64,000 nt of DNA. It comes from Hyaloraphidium curvatum SAG 235-1 (lineage: Eukaryota > Fungi > Monoblepharomycota). The first letter of the stretch is position 1, and every line of letters begins with the position of its first letter. A program made the translations under genes and the position numbers. Shown in pieces: positions 1 to 13,172 of this stretch. Below the pieces are notes generated by a model. The model did no database searches. It saw nothing but the letters and a program-made list of their open reading frames with translations, and had not been told where the DNA came from. Where the stretch lies: the NCBI GenBank assembly GCA_025558095.1, contig JAIVFI010000003.1, forward strand, positions 682,001-746,000. Reading direction: 5' to 3'.

Positions 1-3000
1 CGGAGGCTGGCGGGCAACGGTCTGTGCCTTTGAGAATCCGTTGTCGCGCATCTGACAATCCAATCCCCGCAGGAGCGCAACGTGTGGCCGTGGGAGCAAA
101 GCCGGATGCGGAAAAGGCGATCTCGGAGGTCAAGGTCCAGGAAAACAGCGCCCACCTTGCCCCAGCGGATCCAACACCTGCACCGAAGCCCGCATTGACC
201 GATGCGAAAGCTCGGGACCAGACGGAGAAGGCACGGTTTGGAACTTTACCCGAGGCCCCGTCGACCTTTACCGAACGACCGCGGAGCGCCATTCCGGTTC
301 TGAGCCTCACTGTCCACGAAGGGAGCACCCGAGCGGGCGGGCGTGGGGTGGACGACAGCTTTGACCACCTTCATGGAACAAGCGTGAAGCCCGCACTGGC
401 GTCTTTCCGGGCTCCGCTCTGGTCCGTGCGCTTGCAGGCTTTTGAGAATCTCGCCAGCAGGCTCAAGGACTTGGGCACGGATGGGGATCTACCGGCGGCG
501 AAAACTGCGGACATCTTGGACACAGGCCTCGACGACACGCACACGAAGGTTGCCCTAGCGGCCATGGAATGCCTCAAGGCGTTCCTCGAGCGTCATCCTG
601 CCGATGCCAAGCTCTTGGATCTGGTCCTGGGCAAAGTCATCGGTTCGTTGCGGGCCAGTTCCGCGAGCCAGAGTCGCTCGTCAGCCACAAACGCTGCAAA
701 CGACGTGCTGGACATCCTGAAGCGCACCTGTGATGCGGACGTGCTTCTTGCGTCCTCTCTCAACATCTTGTCGAGCTCTGAATGGAGCAAGGTCTCGCGT
801 GTTCGGATGGGGGCGTTGGACCTTGCCGCCTCTCTCATTCAGGATCATCCCGCGTTGTTGCTACGTGCGCAAGGTAAGCTCCCCGATGCATTTCCGGACT
901 TCAGTGTTGACATTCTTGCTCAGTCATGCGCAGCGTCGTTCACAAACTTGCTGCATTCGTCCCTGACGTCGATGCAACTTCATCGCGCCGGCTTCGCTCG
1001 TTGCTCCTCACTCTCGAGGCTTCGTCTTCCGAAAGCTTTTTTGCTGCCGCCACGTCTCTGAAACCCAGCGAGCGAAAGCTTCTCCGGTCCATCCTGATCA
1101 AGGACATTACGGACTGGGATGCCAAGGAGAAGCACGCTTTCGCCAAGCTTCACGCGACAGATGCGGCACCGCAGGTTTGTTCATTCTGCTCGCAAGTGAG
1201 ATGCCCTCTAAGTCTATGTGCGACACAGGCATCCGAGAGCATTTTGTACCCCGAGACTACGTCTCTCGCAGCGCCTCCTTTGCCCAGAAGTCCGACCAAG
1301 GCCGACACGCAGGAAACCTTGGTGCTGTCTTCGGATCAGCGCAGCATTTCCGACGCAAAGCTCCTTGCCGACGAACCTTGCGTTCAGGAGACAGAAATCG
1401 ACCGGCCAGCAGCTTTGGAATCGGAGCACTCGTTCATCGTCGACATACCGGAGCAGCCGAGCGCCAACGTCATCTCCAACGTCTTCGAAGCCCGGCCCAG
1501 CCCACCAGCGGATGTTTCGCTCATCGCGTTCGACAAGTCGTTACACCTTGCGGCGAATGGCCTTCCGAGTCATGCAATGGATCAAGAGGATCAGGACAAC
1601 GACTTTAGCCGCGACCTGATTGCGTTTGACGTCTCGATTATTGCCCGCGTGGCGGTGCCGCTGCTCGAAGAGGAGCCTCCGAAGGATCTTTTCGAACTGG
1701 GCAGCCCCTTCACAGGCGATGTCGACTCTGGCAATCGCGAGCTCGCGAATGCCGGCTCTGCTCCAGAGGCGCCTCTGGATCATGAACTTCCAACCGCTGA
1801 GGATGTCAGAGACATTTCGGAAGGTAACGCTACATCGGCGGCGCTTACCGTCGCTGCGTCCGAGGGGGCATCGCTTGTTGCCACCGCCGATCCGGCGACG
1901 ACCATACCAGACAGAGAGCTAGACGCTATGGGGGTGGAGGGCGAGGATGTCGAACTTACCGAGAATGTGCCGGAAGCCCGTTTTCAGCACATTGACGACT
2001 CTTCCTTGGAGCCGGACCTGGATTCGCTGCCTCCGATGCACTATGAGGGCAAACCCTCCGTGGCTTCGAGCCCGGTCACTAGTCCTTTCTTGAACGACAG
2101 CGGCTTGGAAGCACCACTTTCAAGCGTGCTGCCTGAGCAGCAGGTGCACACTGCTGTGTCGGAAACAGAGTTTCCGGGCCCCAGCATGCAGGACCTGGGA
2201 GAGGATCCCTGCCTTGGGGACGCCGCTGTGCAGCTCGAGCTCACCGCTGTCGCGGAGAAGGACCGCGTCGACGTGCAAGCTCTTGAGGAACTGGTTGCTC
2301 AACTACAGGCTTCATTGGCTGAGCAAACGGAGATCACCGAGACGCTGCGCAAGGATCTTGATGACCGTGCGTCGGAGCACGAGCGAGCTCGCGAAGCCGC
2401 TTCGGAAGCCTTGGCTGCACTGGAGCAATTGCGTGAGCGTCACCAGGCGGACTTTGCTGCCGAGTTTTCCCGCCTCTCGGCGGAGCACAAGACCTTGGTT
2501 GACGACCTGCGCGCCGCATACGAGGCGCGAATCGCGGCTCTCTCGCAGCCTGTGGAGCCTGTCAGCGAGGTTCCGGAACTTCTTGCAACTGCTCTCCGAG
2601 AGCTGGAGATGGCCATGGCGTCGGCGGCGTCGGACAAGCAGCTTTTCGCCGCGCGCATCGCTCAACTAGAGGCCGAGGCCTCCATCCGCGATCAGTACCT
2701 TGCGGAGGTTGAAAAGCGGGCTGCGGTGGAGAAGACCGAACTGGAGGCCATCTGGCGGGTGCGCGTGGCCGAAGCCAACCAACGGAACACCGAGATGGCA
2801 GAGCTCCTGCAGGACGCGGAGACTGCATACGAACAGCTGCATAGGGCATACGCGGCCGCAGTTGCGATGCCCGAGGAAAGCATGGGAGTGAACGAAACAG
2901 AGGAGGCCGAGGATGAGGTCATTGGATCTCCGGATCACGCAATGGAGCTCCTGACTTGCGGCGACATTGCGGTCGGCGCGTTCTCGTACCTACTTACTAT

Positions 3001-3785
3001 ATCCCAGCCGATCGATTTGACCGGAGAAACCCTGGCTCTGATCTGCGATATGGCAAAGCGCGCGGAAACGGTGGGTAGCCGACGAGTGTCGTCCCCCGCT
3101 TTCGCAAATGACACCAACCACATAGGATGGCTTGACACTTTGCAAGTGCCTCTTGCTGCTCCAGGACTCGATCGCCATAAACCCTGCCGTCGTGGAAAAC
3201 AATGAGGAGATTGTGATCGACTCCATCGCGCTCGGCGCCTGTGCGGTGCCAGTGAGTACACGAGGCGGATCCCTTGGCCATTCTAACAAGAAACCTTGTG
3301 CAGTGCGTTGCATCCCAGTTTGTCCCCGACATCCGGCTCTGTCTGGAGCGGCTAGTCGAGACCACCGCGAACGCGATCGTTCCCCATCGCCTGTCGTATT
3401 CTGTCCACTACATTCTCAGCCTGGACTTCGCGTCCACGACTCCTTACGTTCAGAGCCTCTTCACGAAACTCGTGCTGCTTATGAAGGACACCGATGGAGA
3501 ACGCCTGGCCTCACGCATTGCTTCAATGATTATGCCGGTGGGTCGCTGCGGTAATCCTCGAACGACACGTCGCTGACCGACGTCAAGGCCTTGCGATCAT
3601 CCGACATTGAACTGAGGAAGACGGCGTTCGAGTCTCTGGGTCAGCTGCACACTCATGTTGGACAGACACTGCTGCGAGAGCTGGCGCAAGCGATGAGTGT
3701 GAAGCCCGATCCAATGCTTCGTCATCTGGTCCGTAAGCGACTTGGAGTTTCCGAGGAGGATTTGGCGCTAGATGAAACATTCTGA
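1..3785 (+). CDS. CLASP/Stu1-like TOG (HEAT-repeat) microtubule-associated protein, 5'-partial, multi-exon
   Basis: HEAT-like segments (WSVRLQAFENL, LDDTHTKVALAAMECL), an acidic linker, a coiled coil (~2250-2860) and a C-terminal TOG-like end (LRSSDIELRKTAFESLGQL). The ORF pieces join through GT-AG introns; stop TGA at 3783-3785. Confidence 0.6.
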
Positions 3786-3824
3786 TGGTATCTTGGTAAT
3801 CACGAGTGCAAAAGAGAAATCGAC

Positions 3825-6800
3825 TCAATCCCGGCCCCAACCGCGCATCAGCTTTCGATCTCGTCCGCCCTGCCGCTTCCTAGACTTTTGCTCCTCCTTC
3901 CGCGCATAGTCCCTCTTTGTCCTCGCTTGCGGAGCACTGTTCTCCGGCGCAGCGGGATCCTGCGCCGCCATCACCGGCTTGTTTTGCATCCGCGTGTCTT
4001 GGAACTGCTCAATGATCCTCTGCTTCTTCGGCTTTTGCATCCGTCAGTCCCGGTTACCAGCAAGCAAACCTAGCGCTCACATTGGCATCGAATGTCCTTT
4101 TCCAGCCAAGCAGCTGCTCGAAGGTGAGGCCAGTTGCTTTCGACAAAGCTTGTGCGGCCTCCGACTTCTTGTTGGCGAAAGCAGAAGGATCAGAGACGGC
4201 AGCCTCTACAAGAATAGCCTCGCGCGCCGCCTCCGGATCCAAAGCGGGTTCCTCGTCGCTGCTTTCGTCATCATCGTCATCAGTTTCAAGGCCTGTAGCG
4301 TATGCCTGAGCCGCACGAGGAGCCCCAGCCACGTCATAGGAATCGTCGAGCTCGTCGTCGTACTGCCAAAGAGGACGCGGTTTAGTCTTGGCGAAGAGCC
4401 CCATCAGCTCGTCGTTCCCACCATATCGTACTGTGGCGATTCGTCTTCGGCTTCCTCAATATCGGAGTACTGGGTATCCAGCAGCGCGGAACGCATTTCA
4501 TGAACAAACGACTTGTCCGCCAAGGCGTCGTCCGCCGATACGGGACTGAGCAGCCGTGAGCCATTTGTTGGTAGGTAGCTCGAACAACAGGCAACTTACG
4601 CGCGCTTGCCGGCAAAGACGCTCCCATCCAGCGTATCCTTGTCCGGAGGACCCCGCGTGAGGAAGTCGAACTCGTCGCCATCGAAAACGTTCCTTCGGCC
4701 ATCGAGCACCGTTTCCCGAGCAGCGATCTCGTACGGGGGAGGCTGCTCTGCAACATCCGCAGGCCGGGGAACAGGACTAGAACGCGGTGCTCTGGAGACG
4801 ACTGGGTCAGTGAGCCATTCAGCGCCCCAAAACGGCCTTGTTCACCTAGGCATACCCCGATCCAGCTGGGCGAGGTGCTGCGGCAAGTCGCCCTCCAAAA
4901 TGCTCATGATCACGCGTTCAGCATCGTCTTCAAATACGATCAGACAAGCTTCAATAAAGCCTTCCCCAAGCTCGGGGAACAAGTCCTTTATCTGCGCGAT
5001 CAAAGATGTTCTCTTGATGTAGTCCTCCGAAAAATGCAAAGGAGCCGATTCCTGCCCGCGCGGCGCACCGGATGCGGTCCACTCTGTCATCACTGCCTCA
5101 CTGCCCGAAGGCGGGCCTTTGGCCGAGGGATGCATGGGCGGCGCTGCCGGGACACGGCGATCGACTTCCTTGAGGTAGGAGTAGCTGCCTGCCAGGCGCC
5201 ATTTTGCAGCAGCGTTGCCGCTCATCGTCACTGCATCATGGAGCCATCTGACGAGCTGCTGAGCTTGGATGCAGAGGTCAACAGCGGAGCCGTCCTGTGC
5301 CCCATCCTCTGGATCCTGAAGCCAGCCGCCTTTCGCAAGGGCGGCCTGTAGCATCTCGCTCAAGTTGTAACGGATTTCAAGATCCAGCACCAGCGGAGCG
5401 TTGAAAGCATAGGAAGCAATGCCGGTAGGTGACGTTCCCGTGATTAAGGATCCGGCCAAGTCCACAAGCTCCGCGACGACAGCCATCATGGACGTCTTGT
5501 CCTCGCCGGATGCATTCACCACGGGATCCCAGAGAAGGCAGCGGAAAAGATTGAATGAAGCATCCAACAAGGCGATTTTGCAGGCGGCCACCGCTTGCTG
5601 AACCTCGCCTGCCCACGATGTCGAAAGAGGGATTGCCAGTTGGCCGGCGAGAGGCACATCCGCATGCGGGTAGGGGTAGGAATCCTCCAACGGAGGCACT
5701 TCATCGTCCGAATCGGGACTTGGCATCGAAGTCACATGGTCCCCGGCAGCGAGGCGGCGATGAAACCCCGAGCTCGGCGGCCCACGAAAACTCGTCCGAA
5801 GACCGAGAGCTGAAACCTCCTCCAGCATCGTGCTGAGGGTGGCATAGGCGTCGTCGATAATGGCCAAAAGATCCGGCAAAGGTCCGCTGAACAGGCGCGT
5901 CAACGCAAGAGGGAAAAACCGAGCAATCGAGGCCACCGTTCGTGCGGCGGAGCGAACAAAGCTCAGTAGGTTCGCGAGTGATCCGAGGGGGCCGTTCTCG
6001 AGTCCGAGCTCATCTGCTGTTTCGGGCAGGGATGTAGGCAGAGGTGGTTCCGGAATGCTGAGTTTGCCGAGTTTTCGGACGGTTCTAACCAGAGAGTTCC
6101 GCAGAAGGGCGCCCATGTCCTCCAGTCGAGCGCGAAACAGTCCATCCGTGTCCGCTTGTAGCACCCTGGCGACTAAATCTTTGCTCGCCGCGGGGTTCGT
6201 TGGACCATAGCTGGAGAACAGCACTAGTCAGCAACCTTCCCCGAACGCGAGCCGCGAGCACAAAACAAACATCTGGACGTACTCGACCATCGAACGGACC
6301 GGGAGGAACTCGTGAATGGAAATCTCCCCGAGCAAGCCACCCAGCCTTTGCACCATCTCCCAAACGAGTCGTGCCAGCTTTCGATCCTCTGCCGAGCTGG
6401 CGATGGCAAGCATCGTGGAGCGGGCGGCCTGATGGGACAGAAAGCAGCGATGGCCGGTTCCAGTAACTGCCGTGCACTGTCGGATTCGTGACTAACCTCG
6501 TTTGCCTTTTGTCGAGCGACGCTCGGCCCTGCTTCGTCGAGGTCCCAATCACAGCTCTCCACGATAGATCCAACTATGGAGAGGTACTGCCGCAGGAAAT
6601 CCTGGAAAGATAGCCCATGCTCGCTAGAGGCTTGTCCGAAGATGGATGTTCTCAGTTCGGCGGGGTCCCCGATGCGCAGGAGCTCCAACAAGGATCTGCA
6701 GTTGTGTGAGACGCTCCGTAGACGTAGTTCCGCAAGGTCCTTCAGCTCTTCGTCGGCAGTCGTGGGTGCATCGTTCCCCGCAGCAGTCGGTGGCACGTAC

Positions 6801-6973
6801 GGGAAGAGCTCGAGACGAGCCCCCGGATCCGTGGCCTTTGCCTCGACGGCATCACGCTCCGGTTGGCCCCAATCTTCCCCGTGCCGGGCGCTGCTTCGTT
6901 CTCCCTCGAACAATGCTGGCGCAGGCCGCGTCGCGTTCTTGCCCGACGTGTCATTGCTTCCGCGTCGCGACAT
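3825..6973 (-). CDS. ASCC2: ASCC2/Cue3-like CUE-domain ubiquitin-binding protein, multi-exon
   Basis: CUE domain (SLIAQIKDLFPELGEGFIEACL...AERVIMSILEGDLP), YDDELDDSYD motif and a basic C-terminus typical of ASCC2/Cue3. ATG at 6973 (MSRRGSND) is inferred. Confidence 0.85.
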
Positions 6974-7147
6974 GTCGGACGGCCCCAAGAGCAACTGTGC
7001 TTCTTCTCTAAAAGAAAGCGTCCTCCAAATGCCTCTTTCCGGACCCCGCGGTCCGGTTCCAGTGGGACATCGCGTGGTTTTGGTGGACGCGTCACCGTCG
7101 GCCTTATCACTCCAGCGAACGACCACCCCGGTTACACCGGAGCAAGG

Positions 7148-7723
7148 TTACACCGAAGCAAGTAGCTCGTACAGCGCCGAAGCCCTCTTGGCCGCGTCTG
7201 ACCGTCCTCCTCCGCCCATGGTGTACTCGCAGATCTTGACCTCCAAAAGCCGCCTCAGACGTATGGCGTCCTGATCCACCTCGTCCAGTACGGCAAGCCC
7301 CGATTCCGATCGCAGGGTTCTGAAGACGACCTTCGGAAAATCGGCCTTCTCGTCGGCGAGCACTCGACTGCGTTCTTCGAAGGGAGACGAGTTGCGCTGC
7401 GTCTGAACTCGTGTCAGAGGCAGCACAGCAGCGTGGGGAGATCGCGCCTACTGAAAACCGCGGCGCAGACGTGTAGAGGCGGTGAACGGACCCGGGATAA
7501 GCGGTCTCGAGCACCACATTGAGCTGGCGATCGGTTGCGAGCCGAACGATGTTGACCTCGACCCTGTTCTTCTCGAGCCTGTACGCGACGATCTTGGGGG
7601 CCTGCTGAAGAAGATTCATTGGTCATCACGGCCACCTCCGAAACGAAGAGTGGCGATGCCCACGTCCGCGTCGTAGATGACGGCGCCTTCGCGCAGAAGC
7701 AAAAGGAGGTTGTCGTCGCCCAT
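7148..7723 (-). CDS. Hypothetical ~155-aa protein, 3 exons
   Basis: Exons MGDDNLLLLLREGAVIYDAD | (Q)APKIVAYRLEKNRVEVNIVRL...APRFS | TQRNSSPFEERSRVL...LYELLASV* are joined in frame by two ~50-60 nt GT-AG introns. Confidence 0.55.
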
Positions 7724-7914
7724 CGCCGGCACCGGATTTGTTACGATGCAGCCGATATAATCTTATGCGAGCTCTCTGGCTTTATTCAATGCGAGCCAGC
7801 GGTACTGGTCCGATCGCACAGTTGGCGATCGAAAGAAAAGCGGGCCGGCCAGGGCGCCCCAGCCGGGCACCGGTCCCCACTTCGAATCTTTTTCACGTCC
7901 ACGGCCGGGCAAAG

Positions 7915-9629
7915 ATGCTCTCTCCAAGCATGGACGGCGGACAGACTCTGGACAGCTTGGAGAGCAGCCCGTTTCGGTCCGTGCAACGTCTCGCGTCGCT
8001 CAACCTCGGTGAAGGCGACCCTGCTGGACGCGACGAGTGCGAACCCAAGCCGCTGCTCCACGGTAGGAACGCGTCGCTGGCGCCGCCATCGCCCGCTGAT
8101 TTGCGCGCCAGTCGAGGTCTGCCTGAAGCCTTCGTCGACTCTGCGGTACGACGCCGTCAGGGACCACGTCGAGAAGCACCTGCGCATCCACCATCGCAGC
8201 CTGATTTCCAACAGCCCGCTGTCTCTGGATCTGCACGATACAGTCTTCCGGGAGGTCGAATTCGCGCGGACCTGCGAATCTACCGGGCAACGCTCCGAAG
8301 TGCACCAGCTGGACTCGGTGGAGCTCAAGGTGCACGTCTACCAGCTGAACGACGACCCTGTGGCAGAGGAAATCAACGAGGAGGAGCAGATCCAGACGAA
8401 CAGTCATCTTCTCTTGCCTTCACGTGAGCTCGAGGGACTCTGGGACAAGTGGGATTCGCGCTTCCATCACCTGCGGCGCGCGCTCACTCGGCCCCGGCAG
8501 CCTCATCTTCGACGACCGGTTACAATTGCAGCTTCTCGACTTTGTCTACACTACGTTGCTTTTTTCCGATCGCTTGGTGGACCCCAACATAGTCTCCTTC
8601 AACCGCGTCATTTTGCTTCACGGACCGTGGGTGTGGCGTGGCTTCTTGTGCGGCACAGGCCTCATTTCGGTCCCTGTACTAATGATGCGTTCTAAACGCC
8701 CCTGCTGCTTCTGTGAATCAGACCGGGCAGCGGAAAGACGTCTCTCTGCAAGGCGCTTGCGCAGAAGCTCTCTGTCCGCCTCTCGAGCCGATACGCCTAC
8801 GGAAAGCTCGTCGAGATCAACAGCCACTCCTTGTTCAGCAAGTGGTTCTCGGAGAGCGGGAAGCTGGTCCAAAAGCTGTTCCAATCCATCACCGAGCTTC
8901 TGGATGATGAGGAAAGCTTCGTCTGTGTCCTGATCGGTTCGTCTGCGGGTATGCCACGAGGCTGTCGGATGTTGACGTGATGCCACCCGACAGACGAAGT
9001 GGAGTCGTTGGCTGCTGCACGCAAAGCATCGGGTTCGGAACCCTCCGACGCCATCCGTGTAGTCAATGCGCTCCTCACACAAATCGATGCCATCAAGAGG
9101 CGCAAGAACGTCCTCATAATGTGCACATCTAACATCACGGAAGCCATTGGTGGGCAGTACAGCTCCTCCGTTCGTTTGTTTTTCACACGGACTTGCTTTG
9201 GCAGACCTTGCCTTTGTCGATCGGGCGGACATCAAGATGCACATCGGGAATCCGTCGACGGCGGCCGCGTACGCCATTCTTGCTTCCGCGATCCAGGAGC
9301 TCATTCGAACGAGGATCATCGGCGCCACGACGGCCTCGCAGCAGGAATCGCTGTACGCGCCGCCCAACAAACGGGACTCGGGGCTCCTCGAGTACCGCGA
9401 GCTGGAGGTGTTCCGCCACATGCTCGGATCGGACCATCCCAGCGCTCGCCTCTTTGCCATTGCGCAGAAATGCGAGGGCATGAGCGGCCGATCCCTGCGA
9501 AAGCTGCCTTTTCTTGCGCACGCATTCTACGTTCAGTCGGAGAGGTCCTCGCTGGACACGTATCTGAAGGCGCTGGATTTGGCCGTCTGCAACGAGCACC
9601 GTGCGCGGGGATTGATGGGAGCTTCCTAG
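7915..9629 (+). CDS. PCH2: Pachytene checkpoint AAA+ ATPase PCH2/TRIP13, multi-exon
   Basis: NRVILLHGP|[16 protein letters not shown] (Walker A), [22 protein letters not shown]|DEVESL (Walker B), [33 protein letters not shown]. Confidence 0.96.
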
Positions 9630-9634
9630 AGTCT

Positions 9635-11136
9635 CTACATGGCTGGCCTGTTTCCGGCCCTCTGAGTGTGTAAGACCGTCTTTGACATCACGGAGTCGAA
9701 CACCTGCTCGAGCTTCTCCATGGCAATCCGATCGCGGTCTTCCACCGACCACGTGGTTTGGGCCGACATCCTCCTGAGCCGGGCCATTTTCGACCCTATC
9801 TGGATGGCGAACATCTCCCGCTCCTTCTGCTCCGACATGAGGTACGATTGCTGGTCCATCTTCCCGCCGCCTTCCCTGTCCAGACGGAGCGATGCGATGA
9901 TGTCCATTAGTTTTGCCTCCCGGGCAAAGAATTCTTGATCGCCCATGCGTCCCCTGGAGCCGCGCTCGATCGCCCTCTGGACCCGTGAGATCTCCATTTT
10001 GTTCTGCTGCGTTTGCGACAGCTCCGCGCGCTGGCTTGCCAGGCTTCTCTGGCCGGCCTGTTCGATGCCTTGGATGAGGTCGTTGAGCTTGCTGTAGCGC
10101 GTGTCTTCGAAGCGGACCCTCTGGCCATCCATGCGACCGAACTGGAGCATACGGTTGATTGCCGCGGCCACCTGTGCCGAATCCATGATCCGCTGCTGGC
10201 GATCGGTGAGGAATACGCACTGGTTCTCGAGCTTGGGGACGATCTGAAGGACCCTGTCGATGGCGGTAATGACACCGCCGAGATCCACCGGCGGCGGCCC
10301 TTGCTCGGCACGATGGACAGGTTCGGCAGAAGCTGCTTCAGAGGCTGCATTTGCCAACGGAGCTCCAGATTCCACATCTTCATTGGCAACTTGTTTCGAT
10401 GGCTTGGCCAATCTGAAGTCATAGATAAGAGTCGAAATAGAAGCGCACGGGAGACGGCGCACCTCCTTTCGACTGTCGAGAGCACCAGCGAAATGCTCTT
10501 GTCCACTTCCGACCACAGTCTCTTCTTTTCGGGGCTCATTTGCTCAAAGTCAAGTGCTCGGATGTTTGCCCGCAGGGGCGTCATGGCCGCGTCTCCCAGC
10601 GACGCTTCCGGCGGGCCGTACTCCGAATCGTCCGACCCCTTGGCCGCGGCTTTGATGCTCATAAACTCGTTCAAGTCCAGTTTCCTGTCCTTGTGGACGA
10701 GCATGCTGACCAGGCGCTCTGCTTCCGCCTTGCCGCTTTGGCTGGCTTCCCGCACCTCGTGCGCAGATCCGGCGCACGACTCCAGAGCTTCGTAGAGCCC
10801 TTTGAGCAGGGTGGCTACGGCCAAAGTGAGCGACACGTCGTCGAATGCAAAGTCCGCTGCCGCCGTCGTCGGATTCTTCTTGAGGCCTCCTCGCTTCCGA
10901 GGCACATTGCTGCCCTGGCTGTCCGCATCGTCCTTTGTGCCCTTTCTTAGGTCAAGTGACGGGTCGTCCAGGGCCGTCAAAGCAACTGCTCCGGGTTGCG
11001 CCGAGAGCTTCTTCAGGAGACCTCCCAGCGCCTGGCAGCACTCCCGCTTCAAGTCCTCGCAGTTATGCAGCAAGCACTCGTCTGCCGCCTCGGGAGACAG
11101 ACAATCCTGGCTGCGAGCAGGCGGTCCGGTGTCCAT
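9635..11136 (-). CDS. Hypothetical protein with ~7 C-terminal ~30-aa repeats carrying [RK][ML]xxQ (GoLoco-like), 2 exons
   Basis: ORFs 9907..11262 and 9635..10516 join through a GT-AG intron at ~10410-10460. Repeats include [45 protein letters not shown]. Start ATG is inferred. Confidence 0.7.
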
Positions 11137-11388
11137 TTCTGCGCAACGTCGATGGACGGAAGTGGGAATTGGGCGGTGACGTGCGAGCGGGCGCCGCGCC
11201 CGCGCGTTCGGACCGCGGCGATCGACTCCTCTTGCACCAACCACCGCGGCCCAAAAGCCCAAGAAGAACGCGTTGGGCTGCCGAGCTCGGGCGTCCCTTC
11301 ATCGCCCTCACCGCATCACGCGGTCCGGCGCGGTGGACGCGTCAGGAGGCCGAGTTAACGGTTCACGTGGCGGACCCCATTCGAGGCA

Positions 11389-13157
11389 ATGGCATCACGC
11401 GGCGAGGGGTTTGGTGCCAGGCCGGGCGCGGCAGGCGATGCCCCCGGCACCGAGGCGCGGGATCCGGCGTATTTCGGGTGAGCACTGGGCTCCAATGGCG
11501 CGATGCGATGAACTGACCATCCCGCCATGCTCGCAGCTACTACGCGCAGCTGACCCACCAGCAAAACATGCTCCAAGACACCGTGCGGACGTCGACGTAT
11601 CACTCGGCGATCGTGTCCAACGCCCCGATGTTTGCCGATAAGGTGGTCATGGACGTTGGGGCCGGGTCTGGTACGAAGCCGCCGTCGTCGATCTCCCACT
11701 CTCGCTGACCCGTCGCCGGCCAGGTATCCTTTCCTACTTTGCCGTCCAAGCTGGAGCCCGGAAAGTGTGGGCCGTGGAAGCGAGCAACATGGCCGAGAAG
11801 ATGAAGCGCTTCCTGTCCCATGCTGGCAGCAAGGTTGAACGACTTTGCGCTGAACCTGATGCAACTGCTCACCTTTCCCGCTACCAGAATGTCTGGCTCC
11901 GGGATAAGATTCAGGTCATCCAAGGTACTTGAGCACGGTTGCGGTTTCTCGAGGAATCCTCACGCGTTCCACAGGCAAAATCGAGGACGAATCGATCCCG
12001 ATCCCGCCCCAATCCGTGGACATTATCATCTCGGAGCCGATCGGCGTCCTGCTGGTGCACGAACGCATGCTGGAAAGCTTTTTGTTCGCGCGGGATCGCT
12101 ATTTGAAGCCGACCGGGGCGGTGTTCCCAAGCGACGGCACCATATTTCTGGCTCCGGTATGTGCTACGTTGAGGGTATTGGGGATGTGCCGCTGACGTCT
12201 CGCCACGCAGTTCACGGACGCCAGCCTTTGGACGCAGACCATGGCCAAGGTACGCTTCTGGGACCAGAACAACTTTTACGGCGTCGACCTCTCGCCGCTG
12301 AGCAAGGAGGCCAAGGACGAAATCTTTGGGATGCCGGGTAAGGCTTCCCGTTCCCACGTTGCTTGCTTGCTTATCGGAGTGATTGGGCCCGCAGTCGTCG
12401 GGACCTTCGATCCCCGCACGCTCCTCTCCCCGCCGTCCTCTTTTGCAATCAACTTCCGGACAATCACGATACCCGAGCTGCAGGAGTTCACCGTCCCCAT
12501 CAATTGGACCCCGAACTTCACGGGCATCATTCACGGCATCGCCGGCTGGTTCGACATCGGCTTCGTCCCGCCGGCCGGCACCGCGAGCCCCGTCGCCTTC
12601 TCCCTCACCACTTCCCCGCACGCGGAACGGACCCACTGGCACCAAATCCGCCTTCTTCTCCGCGAGCCGCTGGCAGTAAACGCGCTGCAGACCGTGCGCG
12701 GGTGGCTCCACATGGCGGTCAACGACATGCGGTCGTACACGATGGAGGCGGAGCTAGTTCTTGGGGACGAGCCTCTGAGCGACCCGGCGCAACCTGCGCC
12801 GCCGCCGGGACGAGAGCGCACCTCCACGAGGCGAAGAGAAACGTGGCAGTTGCAGGACCAGGTGGGTGCCTTACGGTGAACGGCATGGCCGAGGATACTG
12901 AAGTGGCCTATGACCCGCAGACCTACTACTATGGATACGACCCTTCCCTCCCCAACAACCAGGACTACCAGCCAGAGTACTCCTGCTTGGTAGGTCCCGC
13001 TTTTGCGGCAAGCCGCGCTTTCCATGACCGTGCGCATCCCTGCCAGTATTCCCCCGAGATCGAAGCCGAGGGCGAGACCGCCGATCCGCTGGACGAACTC
13101 GTGCAATCTTCTGCCGGGGACGTTGACCTTGCCATGGAGCACGCCGCCGCCCACTAG
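11389..13157 (+). CDS. CARM1: Protein arginine methyltransferase, CARM1/PRMT4-type, multi-exon
   Basis: YFG|[30 protein letters not shown]|[37 protein letters not shown] (double-E loop), [18 protein letters not shown] loop. Confidence 0.9.
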
Positions 13158-13172
13158 ATACCCAGCACTTAG

